Source: Chlorokybus atmophyticus
Lineage: Eukaryota > Plantae > Mesostigma and Chlorokybus algae
DNA length: 63,712 nucleotides
Direction: 5' to 3'
NCBI GenBank assembly: GCA_009103225.1
Contig: RHPI01003369.1
Coordinates: forward strand, 627,500 to 691,211
In this document: positions 20,977 through 35,100 of the stretch, piece by piece
How positions within the stretch are numbered: position 1 is the first letter of the stretch
Layout: each line of letters opens with the position of its first letter
Notes under the pieces: generated by a model
The model's input: only the letters and a program-made list of their open reading frames with translations
The model's database searches: none
Told to the model about the DNA's origin: nothing
Translations under genes and position numbers: made by a program

Positions 20977-23900
20977 ATGGAGGTAAGCTACGATAAAGGG
21001 CTGATCACAAAGCTGGACACAAACAACCACAGCACTTGGTGCGTAGAGATGAAGGCACTACTTATCCACAAGAAGATGTGGAAGTATGTTGACCCGAAGG
21101 CATCTGCACCAAGAGCAGGAGAAGAAAGCATCTGGCTTGAACACTCAGTTGAAGCACATTCCTTGATGGTGTTTAACTGCAAGCCACATCACTTTCCCAC
21201 GCTCATAGCATGTGAAGATGGCAGACAAGCTTGGGAGAAGCTTGCAGCCGTATTTCAAGCCAAGAACAACGCCAGAAAGTTACAATTACGCAAGCAGCTA
21301 AGCGCGCTTCATAAAGAGACGTCCGAGCCGGTCACAAAGTATGTTGCACGTGCGAGAGAGCTGTGGACGGACCTCATCAACGTCGGCCACAAGATGGAAG
21401 AGACGGAGGTCGTATTGGCAATTGTTGCAGGACTGCCATTAGAATACGAAGTTGTCGCTACTCTGCTCGAGACATCGTCATCGGAGCTAACCCTAGACGA
21501 TGTGCTACCCAAGTTGCTCACTGTGGAGCAACGCGTCTCAAAGAAGGAAGAGCAAGCGGACTCTGTGGCCTTCTACACACGAGACAANAAGACAAATACA
21601 AAAAATTAAGCAACTATGAAGACAAGAACAAGGCGAAAGGCAGCAACTCAAAGTTCAAGAATCTCACATGCCACTATTGTGGTATTAAACGACATATCTC
21701 AAAGGATTGTCGTAAGCGCCAACGAGAGCAATCTGAAGCAGGTACCAGTAGCAACGCTCAACGCAAAGAAAAGGGTGTTGCGTTTACTGCCTTAAGAAAG
21801 TTTGATACAACTTCATGGGCAATTGACTCAGGCTGTGACCAGCATCTCACACCGCACAAGGAGGTGATGGAGAACTACAGGAAGATGTCAACCACAAGGA
21901 AGGTGGAAGGCTTTAATGGTCACGAGTTGGAAGCAATAGGAGTTGGTGAAGTGAGGCTTCAATGCAAGTTTGGTGATGGTGAGAGAGAGGTGGTACTGCG
22001 TGAAGTATTGCACGTACCTGGAGCTGCTGCAAGCTTGTTTTTTGTGAGAGTTGCTGAGTGCGTGGGAGCTGAGATAGTGATCCGGGAGGGACGCTGCTCC
22101 GTACGCATGGATGGGGTCAAGTACATGGTCGGCACCCAACGAGGAGGGCTCTACATTGTGGAGCAGACTCATGGCAGCAAGGCTATGATCGTGAAGGAGA
22201 AGGAGACGGCTGAGCTTTGGCATCGAAGGTTCGGGCATTTGGGCTATAGCAACCTCACACGCCTGGTCGCTGAAGACATGGTGAAGGGCATTACTGGGAG
22301 CAAGGAAGATTTTCAAGCGTCTTCAACTACGCTCTGTGAACCCTGTGTGTTGGCCAAGCAGCATCGCATGCCGTTCTCATCATCTTCTTCAAGTAGCAAA
22401 CATCCCTGCGAGCTTGTGCACATGGACGTTTGCGGGCCTATGCGCATTGTGGCGAAAGGAGGGGTAAGGTACTTTGCAACATTCCTCGACGACTACAGCA
22501 AGCTTTCCATCGTCTTCCCTTTGATTCAAAAGTCAGAAGTCGCTGGAGCTGTGCGTACAGTCATTGCATTGCTTGAGATTCAATCGGGCAAGAAGATGAA
22601 AGCAATGAGAAGTGATCGAGGAGGGGAGTACATCAACGCCCAGCTCAAAGAGTTCTTCGCCAGCAAAGGCATACGGCATGAGACAACAGCACCATACACT
22701 CCGCAGCAGAATGGAGCAGCTGAACGTCTCAACCGAACGTTGTTGGAGCGTGTTCGAGCCATGCTCAATGACACCAAGTTGGAGGACAGTCTGTGGAAAG
22801 AGGCCGTTCTCACTGCCAACTACATCCGCAACCGTTCACCGATAAGCTCTGAGCAAAAGACTCCGTGGGAGCTCTTTTACGGTGAAGCGCCAGATGTGAG
22901 TGGCATGCGTGTGTTCGGATGTGTGGCATATGCACTTGTGCCAAGTCAATTGCGACACAAGTTGGAGCCGGTCAGCAAGAAGGGCATCTTCGTTGGCTAC
23001 GAACCAGGCTCAAAGGCGTACAAGGTCCTACTGGAGGACACGCGCAAGATTGTGGTGAGCAGAGAAGTCGTGTTCCACGAAGGCTCATCACAAGTTGAAG
23101 CTGAAGAAGGTTTCTACCCTCAAGATGAAGATGACAAAGCACAACCTGAAGAGCTTTCAAGCAGAGAAGAGGTTGAAGGCGAGGCATCAGTCATCAATAA
23201 AGAGCAGGGCTCATCTGTAGCAGATGAGAAGCAGAAGCAGCAGGAGCAAGCTCGACGCTACCCAGTAAGGGAAAGACAAGCACCTGACTTCTACAAGGCA
23301 CACATCGCTAGTGTGCACAATCACGAGAGTGAAGAACCAAGCACCTGCGAGGAGGCATTGCGAGCACCAGATGCAGAACAATGGCAGCGAGCTATGGATG
23401 ATGAGATTGCATCACTCCATGCCAACAACACATGGGTGTGGGAGAAGCCCCCGCAAGGTGTGAAGCCCATTCCGGTCAAGTGGGTGTTCAAGGTGAAGCG
23501 TGATGGTCAAGGCAACATCGAGCGCTACAAGGCAAGGTTGGTGGCAAAGGGATTTTTGCAACAAGAAGGTGTGGATTTCAATGAAGTGTTTGCACCTGCA
23601 AGTAAGCATGCAACCTTCCGCACATTGATCGCCATGGTTGCTGCTGAAGACCTCGAGTGTCACCACCTTGATGTGAAGACTGCTTTCCTTTACGGAGAGC
23701 TGGAGGAAGAGATCTACACCAAGCAACCACCAGGCTACGCAGAAGGGGAGCCAGGCATGGCTTGCAAGTTGATCAAGGCTTTGTATGGGCTGCGACAAGC
23801 ACCACGTGTGTGGCACATTCGCCTCACGAAAGAGTTGGAGAAACTCGGCTACAAAGCATCCTCAGCGGATCCGGGGCTCTTCATCCATGAAGAGAAGAAG

Positions 23901-24866
23901 GTTTACTTGCTCGTGTATGTGGACGACATCATCGTCACGGCCAAGCAAGTTGAAGACCTGAAGCAAACGAAGCACGGATTGCAGCAAGCATTCGCAGTAC
24001 GCGACCTTGGAGAGGTCAAGTTATTTCTTGGCATGGTGATAGAGCGTGACAGAGCAGCACGCACAATCAAGATCAGCCAAAAGCAGATGGTGAAACGACT
24101 TGTCACCAAGTTCGGACTCAACGAAGCAAAGACCAAGTCTACTCCATTGGCACTCGGCACCAACCTCATCAAAGCGAAAGATGAGGAAGTACTCGACAAG
24201 GCTCAGTATCCCTATGGTGAGCTTATTGGGAGTATGCTCTACCTAGCAGTGTGCACAAGACCCGACATCGCACATGCAGTTGGAGTGCTTGCGCGCTACA
24301 TGTCTGCACCAAGCATGGAGCACTGGCGTGCAGCGAAGGGAGTATTGCGCTACGTGGCTGGAAGCGCAAGTGTTGGCATCAAGTTTGGTTGCGGAAGCAC
24401 AGAGATGGAGGGCTATTGCGACGCAGACTTTGCAGGTGACCTCGATAGCAGGAGGTCCACAACGGCGTACGTCTTCAAGTTGAATGGAGGCGTGGTGAGC
24501 TGGAACAGTAGGCTGCAACCCACAACAGCTGCATCTACTTCAGAAGCGGAGTACATGGCAGCATCGGCTGCAGTGAAGGAGGCGTTATGGCTTCGCAAGC
24601 TGATGGCAAATCTGGAGCACCCGATGGCGTGTATCACGATCAACTGCGACAACCAAGGCGCCATCAAGTTGCTGAAGCACCCCATTGCCTCGACAAGGAC
24701 AAAGCACATTGATGTCATGCATCACTTTGTGCGAGACAGAGTCACACGCAAGGAGGTTGAGTTCCAATATTGCAATACGGAAGACATGCTCGCGGACTTC
24801 ATGACGAAGCCACTGTCACCGCTGAAGTTCAAGGCATGTTGCAAGGGACTCGGCATATGTGCTTAG
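20977..24866 (+). CDS. gag-pol: Copia gag-pol polyprotein (single apparent frameshift at the ambiguous base N 21588)
   Basis: Gag (NHSTWCVEMKALL), zinc knuckle CHYCGIKRHISKDC, PR WAIDSGC, GAG-pre-integrase LWHRRFGH, IN HMDVCGP/RSDRGGEY/NGAAERLNRT, RT YVDD, RH YCDADFAG. Confidence 0.93.
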
Positions 24867-24911
24867 GTGAAAGAAGACCAAGCGTTGGAGGCCAAGCTGC
24901 CCGCGTGGGAG

Positions 24912-25313
24912 TGTTGAAGATATTCCTACATCCGGTCAGCCTGCCCTGCATACAAGAGAGAAGAGAAGGGACCTCGATGGGAGGACCTCGAAGACTCCGG
25001 ACATGAAGGTCCTGGCGCGGACTGCAGAGAAGGGTCCTAGGAGAATCGTCATATCTCCTAGGATACTCAGTCTTATAGGACGTGGCATAGCTTGTTGGAA
25101 AGCTTATCAAGTTAGCTACGTGGCACATCTTACAGCGTAGGATTCGGTTCAGTAGATCGGACGCTGTTGCATGTAGACCAGCAGTGTGTACAAACTGTGT
25201 ACTGACTGGCGGGTATATAACCCCGCGGTTTGTTGGTAATAAATCGGGAAGTGTGTTGCCTTCTCCTGTGTGTCATTGCTTGCCCTCTTCACTTGCATGC
25301 TTGCTTCTCAACA
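24912..25313 (+). repeat. Copia 3' LTR
   Basis: Direct repeat of 20252-20653. Confidence 0.97.
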
Positions 25314-27694
25314 CCGCATCGTTATTTTTTTCGAGCTTCCACAGAATCAGCTCGACGTGCCGTATGACATACAGCCACCAGCAGCTAAAGCATGCCAAGT
25401 ACAGCTCGAATGGTTTTTCTTGCTACCCAGTTTGTTTGCTCAGGTAGTGGCACACATCTCGACCCGCATCAGTCAGACATCAACAGGTACATCTGCTGCA
25501 GCAGGTCGAAGTTCTGCTCCGCAGATAGCTCTTGCACATTGCCGGATTGCTGCGGCAGCAACAACACCATCATATCGAGGACGGCGAGGGGCAACAACGT
25601 ACTACGGACGGCCATGTCTTGTTTGGGTTCCAACCACGGCCAATGCTTAGAGTTCTGTTTAGACCGCACTCTCCGCGTTTGCTCCCACTCATTGCATACT
25701 TTCGTCACCCACCTCGAGGCATGCCGCATGCGGTGAAGCAGCGCGTCTTGGGCATATTGTGGGGCAATCAACACCTTTGCACCACAAGTCAGCTCCTCAA
25801 AGCGTCTGCGCGTCGGTGGTTTGAGCTAAAACAGCTCATGCCGCACTGGCTGTCTCTCTGGATAATGCTGAGCAGCCACATGACGCTATAAACCCGCCTG
25901 TGCCCACTCAGGACACACAGTCAGCCCCAGTAAGGCTTCAAGGCGCTGTGCTTCTAATACATTGAAACGATGCATCGCCTTTGCTTTTTTGGTCATGTCA
26001 GCGTCCCTTGTTCCAACAACTTCCTTTATTTTTGGGTGTGGTCGGCCTGCACATCCTAGCAGGCGCTCTCCGTGGGATTGTCATTCAAAGGAGGTAAGGC
26101 GTTATCTTTTTAATAGCAGACTTTTAAACAAACGAGTCGTACGTGTCATAAATACTGCGATGTATCACACAATGACATGTGATATAGAATATAATACAAA
26201 AAGCCTAACCAATGTGTTGCACATTACTTGGGTGATTTTGCACAAGCAAGTTGCCCACTCTGCTCGCACCTGCAGCACGTACATATTACGCTACTGACAT
26301 GGCTTTGTGCTAATATGTCACACGCCTGTAAATACTTTTTGCACCTACATTTTATATGCAGTTGTTCTCAAGCTAGGGATTGTTATGTGATGTGTGCAAA
26401 ATGTTTCTCATTAGTTTTTCCTTACCTTATGTGTACAGTGCGAATGGACGGCGCTTGCTAAAGAAGTCCTCGACTTTTATACAAGCCCCCCACCCTTTCT
26501 GTTGAAGGGGGAGGGGGGGGGGGGGTATGGAGTCTATTTGTGCCCGTAATATAACATTTGTTAACAAGCCCCGCACCCGTTTTTGCCAAGAGGACGGGTA
26601 ATGGAGGGAGCTTGTGTACGGGTAATTACGGTATGCTGTTAGGTGCATGGAGCATAGCACAGCATATCACATCACGTCTGTGCGCTGCTTGATGTCCATA
26701 CCTGCCAACTCTCTAGCCAACCGTGGCGACCTGTGTGTGACTCATGTTGGTGCTTGCTGCTATTACTTGCCCCACCCACTGTTGCAATGCACAACTTACA
26801 TGAGCCTTTAGCGTGAGGTTGTGGCTTGAGGTGTAAATGCAAATATGCCTGTGCTTGCTTTGCCTACTTTGCCTTGCCTGTGGTATATGCTTGTCAATGT
26901 TTGTCAAGATCAATGAACCCTAATTTTGGAAGCCAGTTTTCCCGTGAGCATACGTGGTACAAGACTTGTACCACCAGTTGTACTGCACAACGCAAGGAAG
27001 CCATTGGCTCAGCGCTGGACCCTGACTCAGCCTGATGTGGGTAGTCAAGGTTAGCTAAGCACTGAAGGCCCCTTCAGTCGAGGGCGGTAGCACTTCATAA
27101 AGTGTCCCATCGTCCAGTCACGACTTGTGACTCACGAGCCATGATGACTCACATTCCAAGATCGTGCGCACGCTGTGGCGGCCACGTTGCCACTTGTGCT
27201 GCGTTCAGATCTTTTGGCCCATCTTGCCGTACCCGCGTTACACCCTTCAAGCGGGGGAGCTCGTATCGCGCGCGCAGCGCGCAATAATCCGACCGATTAT
27301 CCAAGCGCGGCCCAAAACGTCCATGTCACGAGCTGGCGACCGGCGCACATGTCGTACTGACTGGTAGTAACCTGTCACAAGGGCCCCACTCATAAATACA
27401 AACAGGACAATAAGAGTTGTAAGACTTGCAATTACCGGTTCGCTGGCAAAGGTTTGCTGCTGCGGCGGCGGTGTAGCTGTGGCTGTCGATATGGGCATTG
27501 CTTCTTTGTGTGCTTGAGTGGTAGCGTCTGAGTGCGGCGGCGTCGGCAGCTGGTAGCTGCTTGGGTGGTGCATGCGAAAGGGCGGGAGCGCGTGTCCCGT
27601 CAAGTAGCGGGCTGCTGCTGCTGGTGGTGGCGGTGGGTTGGTGGGTGGTCCGGTTTGGTACAAGAGAGTGGACTGCTTGCGGCAGCTGGACACA

Positions 27695-29832
27695 ATGGCC
27701 GCATTGTCAGCGTTGCAGCTGGCACCGCTCGTGTTCCAGGGCAGCACCAGCGCGCAGAAGGGTCGGCCCTTGTCCAAGAGAAGGGCTGTGAGGTTGCAGG
27801 CGCGATCGGCGCAGCAGCACCACACGGTGGTCGCAGCCACAGCCACCAAGCAGGAACAGAAAACGCATCTGGACAGCGAATCCAGCAGCGTCGCTGCTGC
27901 CTCCAAGCCTGAGCGGGCTACATGGAGGGTGGAGGCCGAACGCAGCGAATGCAGCGGTGAGTGCCTACTGTCAATGCTGGTAATGCCGCAGGTTAGCTGG
28001 TTTTGCGAGACGGCAGGCAGATCTCCGGCTGGAATGCTTTGTCGTGTGAAAAGCTGACCCGTAACCACTTAGGTGAAGGCGCTGCTCCAGTCCAGACGCC
28101 GGAGGCCAATGGCGCAACGTGGAAGGTTGTGGAGGAGGCGCAGGAGCCGGAGGGATTGGTTGCGGAGGGAGAGACCAGTGCCTCCAGGGAAGTGCTAGCC
28201 GCAGTCGGTTCCAGCAAAGACACCCCTGTTTTGGAACAATCCGGAGCAGCTGGTGGTGGAAAGTCGCTCTGGGATCTGCTCCCGTTCAAGCTGTCTCCGC
28301 GAATGCGGGGTCTGGTGCTGATCAATGCCATGACCATGCTGTATGGTAAGGCTTTGCGCTGTTTGAAGTGTAGCATGTGTCACATGCTTTGCATGCTTTC
28401 AGCACAATTCCCATTGTTGTTGTACTCTCAGGTACAAACATGGTTGTGATCAAGAGTAGCGAGATGGGCCTGGATGCAAACCTATTCTCTTTTGGACGGT
28501 TTGCTATCGCTGCACTTGCTTTCACTCCATTCTTGCCCAAAGCGATGGAAGACAAGAGAATACGCAATGCTGGCCTTGAGCTTGGAACATGGGCAGCCCT
28601 TGCATATGGCGCGCAGGCAGTTGGGCTCTTGACATGTGAGGCGTCAAGGGCCTCTTTCATATCAACCTTCACAGTAAGCTTTCATACCATTAGCACTGAG
28701 TTGATAGCAAACCTTTCGCTTGATGGTTGCGAGAATCTATTGTCCTCATGTGCGAGGAGTGAGAACTAGTGCTGTTGGTTGTGCAGGTTATTGTCGTGCC
28801 CTTCTTGTCGGCTTTTCTTGGTCGCAAGATCCCGTTCGTTACATACATCTCCGCAGTTGCAGCGCTGACTGGTGTTAGCTTCCTTGAGACCAGTGGTGCA
28901 CCGCCCTCTGTTGGTGACGCATGGACAGTGTTGAGTGCTGTGCTGTTTGCATGGCACATCATCAGGAGTGAGCATCACTCTAAGGTCTTGGCCGGAGCAA
29001 ACACCACTGGGTTGATTGGCATCCAGGTACTGTGTTTCCCCTTTGCATATGCAGTATGCTTTCATGCGACATGCGCTGGTAGCAGCCTATGTGACCTGAC
29101 TTGTCTCATTGTTGCATGCACCTGACACGCCGTTGTATGTTGCAGTTGGGAGTGATAGCTGCACTGTCAGGGGTGTGGGTAGCTGCTGGGCCAGCTGCTC
29201 ACAGTCAGTTGGATAGCCTGGTCTCAGGAGGCCTTCCTGGCCTCATTTCTGCTGCCCAGCATGCGCCCTGGTTGGCAATGATTTACACTGGCCTAATCTC
29301 CACAGCTTTCTGCTTGTGGACAGAGGTGAGCAAGTTATTCACCGTTCACCAGCATATGGCACTGCAGTGCGTACCACTGTTGACAACAATTTGGGTTGCG
29401 CAGATGGCAGCATTGCGCGACGTCACTGCCACGGATGCTGCGTTGATATACACTGCTGAACCTGTGTATGGTGCTGCTCTCGCATATCTCGTGCTGGGCG
29501 AGCGGTGGGGGGAGAGAGGCTGGTTGGGTGCAGCTCTCATCCTGGGGGCTAGTGTAGCCGCCCAGATCTTCGGGCAAGAAGAAACACCAGGTGGTGGGTC
29601 CTGCGAGTCGTCCTCTGATGTGGCCACCTCAAAGACCTCACAGCAGAACGACTCACCCAACGTGCTGCACAGTGAGCTGCATGGGCATGGGTTCAACCCT
29701 CGCTTTGCTGATGCTTACGCAGCGCTGATTATCGCTGATGTAGCTCTCTCCCTCATGTTGGCATCCGGCAATGATGAGATGGCTACAACCGCTGCAGCAG
29801 CTTTGGGCGCTGTTATTGAGCAGTTGGGCTAA
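27695..29832 (+). CDS. EamA/DMT-family membrane transporter with predicted plastid transit peptide (multi-exon)
   Basis: N-terminus MAALSALQLAPL...RRAVRLQARS. Hydrophobic exons FSFGRFAIAALAF, GLELGTWAALAYGAQAVGL...ASRASFISTFTV, AALIYTAEPVYGAALAYLVLGERWG. Confidence 0.8.
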
Positions 29833-31577
29833 AGCACAACTTTTGGGTTGCATTTCCGCGGGAGTCCTGAAACGAGTTTGTGCGTCATTGAACTGTAGAT
29901 GCTGGTCGGTGGCCGCAGCTTGCTTAAGACATGTGCCGGCTGCCTTAGATTTTGTCTTATATACAGTTTTGCCTCAGAGGTAAATGAGTTGCCTAGGTTA
30001 GTAGTGCACGCGCTGCAGGAGTTGCCTTGGCACTTGAACTGGTGCGGTGCTGTTCGCACGGGAGGGCAGGAGGTTTTGTACCTTGAGGGTTAGTAAACAA
30101 GAGCCTCAAGAAATGCTGCGGATGATACAGCTTATGCAAGTTTTGCTGGAGGTTGTGTTCTCATAGACTGGTGAGTGCACAGTTGCAGAGTGTTACTCCT
30201 AAACCACCCGTTGCTCAATGCGACCTCTGCAGTTTCAGGGCCACAGAATCTTGTGTACATGGCTGCAATACAGCAGCTCAGCTAGTCTCAGTCAACTGTG
30301 GGAGATTTGGCAGACGCGCTTTGTCCGCCCTGGTATTGTGCTCGGCTGTGTGTAAAGCAGTAGAGATGCGGACAGGGTGCAAGCAGTGCCCCAGCAAGCA
30401 CACATGTGCGTGTGTATCGCTAGACTGCTTTGTTTGTACCTGCGGCCTGCGGCGCATATGTGTGTAGGCAGCAGTGGCAGTGTGATAGCATTGGACGGTT
30501 GTGTTAGTGGTCCATTTCATGCACACATAAGCAAACTGATCGACCAGCGGTCACAACATGGCAAGGTGTCACAATACGCACAAACGTACAGGCACGGTGT
30601 TGTTGGCGGAGTGGCCAGGTTGAGCCGGAGGATGAACGCTTACAGGCAGTTAGTATTGCGCAATTGCAGCCAGCATAGCAAGCAAGTGGTAGTAGTCTGC
30701 TGGCCCCCACAGCGACCCTCGCAGCAAAACAAGAGCAAGGAAACACCTAAGACAGCACATCACCTTATCGCAGCCTCTGTGCTACAGGTCAATTGCTAAA
30801 CTCCCTCAATTATCAATGACATACAAGCGCTCGATGTCTAGTGCTGCCACCACGCCTAACGCCCATCATGCCCAATCAGACACAACCAACATACAAGATG
30901 TGCTGCAACGCCGTAAGCTATGACTAACTATTGGCGACGGGTCTTACACTTACACGGGGGGAGTCTGCTAGTCATTGTGGTCGTCAACGTGGTCCTACTC
31001 AAGGCTGACTCTACTGGCGATGTGGCAGGTAATGCATGCTTGCAGACTGACAGGGTTGGGCAGTTGAGTAGTGAAGTAGGTAGTGTGTACCTAGCCCGGA
31101 GGTCGTGATAGAGGTGAGTGTGATTGTTGTTAAGTGTCCATGCATGTGTCGTGCATGTTGCATACATCACGTGCATATTCTGTACACTAGTCACATCGCA
31201 TTTAGGGCGGCTGCACAACACTGCGCGGCCACAACGCTGCACAGCACAGCACTCCCACCCACGCCCTCACCCTCGCCCTCACCCTGCTGTTGCTGCTGAT
31301 GTTGTTCAAGCTCTCCTCGGGGTCGTCTAACGCCTGTCGCTGTGTGACTACAGGTGGTTCACCGTTGCTGCTATTTTGCTTGCCCTGCCCTACATGCTGT
31401 GCCGCCCTCATCCCCGCCCTTCCCTTCACTTAAAAACAGCACATAGCTAGCATTGCCCCTGTCTTAATTCCATTCCCTGTTGCCTAGCTTGCCTTGTGAT
31501 GTTGGCCTATGCTGTGATGTCATCGTGTGTGGTGCGCGCTTTGCATCATGCGACACTTGGATAGCTCATACAACCCT

Positions 31578-32160
<583 letters not shown>

Positions 32161-35100
32161 AGCATGGGTTGAACTTTGCCTTGCCTATGCTGCTCTCGCT
32201 TTGCCTACCGGCTCCAATATTGCCTTGCACATCATTGCACGCACGTAGATAGATACTTGCCCCTGCCTACGGCATAATTCATTGCCCTGCCTTTTGTGTG
32301 CTTGTGCCTTTCGCTGGTGCTTATACGGGGTTGCCTATTGCAGCCAAGGTACGTGGTCAGCCTGCCCTTGAGCGCCATGTTGTTCAGTTGCCTTGAAGCA
32401 ATTGGCAACTGCAAGCTCCTTGCGCTTAATAGAATACCCATTAAAGGATCATATGTTTTGTGTGAATATGAACTTACCTTAACTCAATTGTGATTAGACG
32501 CAACATGTTAAGAAGCGAACAAGCGAACATGAACGCGCAATCGACATTGAGTCTTTCGCACGTTTAAGGAAATGGGTGCAATTGACATGCTTTGATTGGC
32601 AACGGATGATTTGTAAAGTCGATTTGCGTGCAATCAATGGTAGAAAAACTACTTTCAGTAAGGTAAATTAACAAAGTGAAAGCAACATCACACGTAAAGT
32701 CCACGTCCAATTTTATCTCTTATGGTACTCTACAACCTTTGAGTTATGCTTTATCGGCAACTTACAGCGGCTACAACCGGTATTGAACTTGAATGCAACC
32801 GAGTAACCAATACTCCCCCACCAGATGGGAGGTGTTTACGAACATCAGGACAAGCGCATTTAATCAGCAATGGTTTTACATCAATAGCATGCAATTTAGC
32901 GATTAACTTAGCAATACATAAGAACACATGCGTGGTCTCTGTGTTTGGCAATGGTGGTTTGCTGGTAATTACAATGTGTTTTGATTGTGCAACATGAGGC
33001 TTTAAGACATAGGTGGTCCTTGCTTTCAACACCTAAGTTTTTGGGACTCATATGTACCCATTTCGTGACAACTTATTACATGAGGTGCGGTATCTCACTG
33101 GGATAAAATGACCATCCATTGTTATTGTCGTAGAACCGTGAAAGGCCCTTTACTTTGGATGGATTCTAAACTTGCACATATGACCACACCATAACAGTGA
33201 GATGGTTGCAAACATTTGTCATAAAAACCCAACAACACGTCTGCATTGCCATGTTATTATGAAGTGACATGTCTAAAACTAAGCAGAAAGTAACCATTCT
33301 TCCTCCAGCAACCTGCACATCTTGCCCGTTAACAAAATGTTGATCAATAAGAAGCGAGGGGGTTTCCCTCACTTTTTGCGGCTTGATAAAGGGGACAGTC
33401 ACTTTATTTTTGTATATTCAATTTTATTATTATGCCATGATGTTGTTGTACGTAGGATGGTCACAACATGGTGGGGTCTTAAGCTTGTATTCAAAAATTT
33501 ATGGCCAACCCGGTTGGCAGCAAACTTGTAGGTGATCTACGAGTGTCATGTGCTTGTTGCTTATGTTTGTTGCGCTGAGTGGTAGTGGCCAGTTATTAAC
33601 GCTTCGAATGCATGCTGATATGGATGGGGTGCTTGTATACAATTCTGCATCATGCTGAATTGAGTCATTCGTAACCATTTTATTGCTGGCAAGTTGTGGT
33701 TGCGTGACTATAGAAGAATGCTAATGAGCACTTCATCTTACATGCGGCCCTTGTATACAGCTTGCACAGCATGTACCGCGCGCCTTGCGGCTAATACCAT
33801 ATGAACTCATGCAACTCAATAATCATGGTTGCTTTTGTGTTATGGCTGCGGTGCTAAGTTGTTTAATAACACAAGGCGTCACCTCGATGCAATTATATTT
33901 CTATAGATGCATGCTTGGCCCCGTTGCTTTATCATATGCTATCATTTTTATGCTATCTTTCGAGTGTGCATGTTGCCCTTTTCGGCGTCATAACAAAGCC
34001 CATCGTCAACAAAGGTTTTAGTAAAGGCAACAAGAAACAACGGGCTTAAGCAGTTTGCTCTTATTAAGACAATCCTTGGTATAAAGTTCAAGAAATATGC
34101 AATCAGCATCCACGGCTATAGATCACATTGTTAATTGAATGCCCCTTGTAACACCATTGCTGCAAGCTTGCCCTGTTGCAGGCTCAGGCTTAAAAATCTC
34201 CTATGCTGCTGCTGTGAAATCGAAGTCAATTTGTTAATTATACAACCGTATTCACGTGCGCACGTAGATATAGTTCGCGCGAAGTTCAAGTGAGTTATGC
34301 TCATGTGCATGCACGTTGTAATGGTCAGATTGGTTAGTTGCTTGACTGCCCTTGCTGCCTTTGCATGCACAGAGCGCATTGAGTTATTGGGCACTCACGG
34401 CGAGACAGTCATGTGGTCTGTCTCCGCTTGCTTGCTTGGTTGTGTGGTGAGTGTGTAATGGGTGTAACTGATCTATCAGCATCGACATATAGATGTTGGC
34501 TGCCAATTTTAGTTCAAAGTATACAATGCTGTATATGTGTGCCGTGAGTCCTATTCCAATCGACATTATGCTATTGGTGAACAGACAAAGGTTAGCAGTA
34601 AAAAAACACTGTTATTGGCGCTACGGACTCAATGGTCACAATGTCACACCCATTCACAACACATAGGGGGCATATCAATGAGATTGAGCAAGATTTATAC
34701 GAAGTGTAGGGGAGGCAACAATAGGCAAACAACTCATGATTTAACACATACAGCTTAACTGGCCTACGGGGCTGGGGTCTATGTGCAATGCTGGCAGGCC
34801 TAGGGGCAAGCGAGACGCTTGGCTGTGGGTCGCCGCCCAAAAATACCGGAGCAGCGCAGCAGAGCAGAGGACAAACCACAACCATGCTTGGTGCAGTCAT
34901 ATGCCACAGTGAGTCATCGCTTTTTACATGTGAATCCAGTAGGGTGTGCACCAAGCCAGCACTGAGTTACGGTTGCCATGCACGCAGCAACAACCTGCAT
35001 TATAATACTATGCACACGACAGCACCAGCACAGTATAGGGAGTGCGACCCACTTTGCGGGGACATGCATAGGGTAAAAGAGAGGGTCCCCCCGGTAGTAG

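Larger units (their letters stand above)
20252..25313 (+). mobile_element. Ty1/Copia LTR retrotransposon, full length, recent
   Basis: 402-bp LTRs 20252-20653 and 24912-25313 (TGTTG...CAACA) with 4 mismatches. 5-bp TSD CCGCA (20247-20251, 25314-25318). PBS GGTTATGGGCCCA at 20654. PPT-like GTGGGAG before the 3' LTR. Confidence 0.97.
18621..25774 (-). pseudogene. Decayed minus-strand gene with RING-like and Tudor-like segments, interrupted by the Copia element
   Basis: The reading frame continues across the Copia TSD (KLEKNNDA|GEYTSDD). RING-like PCVLIC...LRCKKAMCHVC...*ACPFCKQP at about 20030-19870. Tudor-like LIGVSVMVHWPLVGEWYAGVVESFKQASGQHRF at about 18740-18640. Confidence 0.5.
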
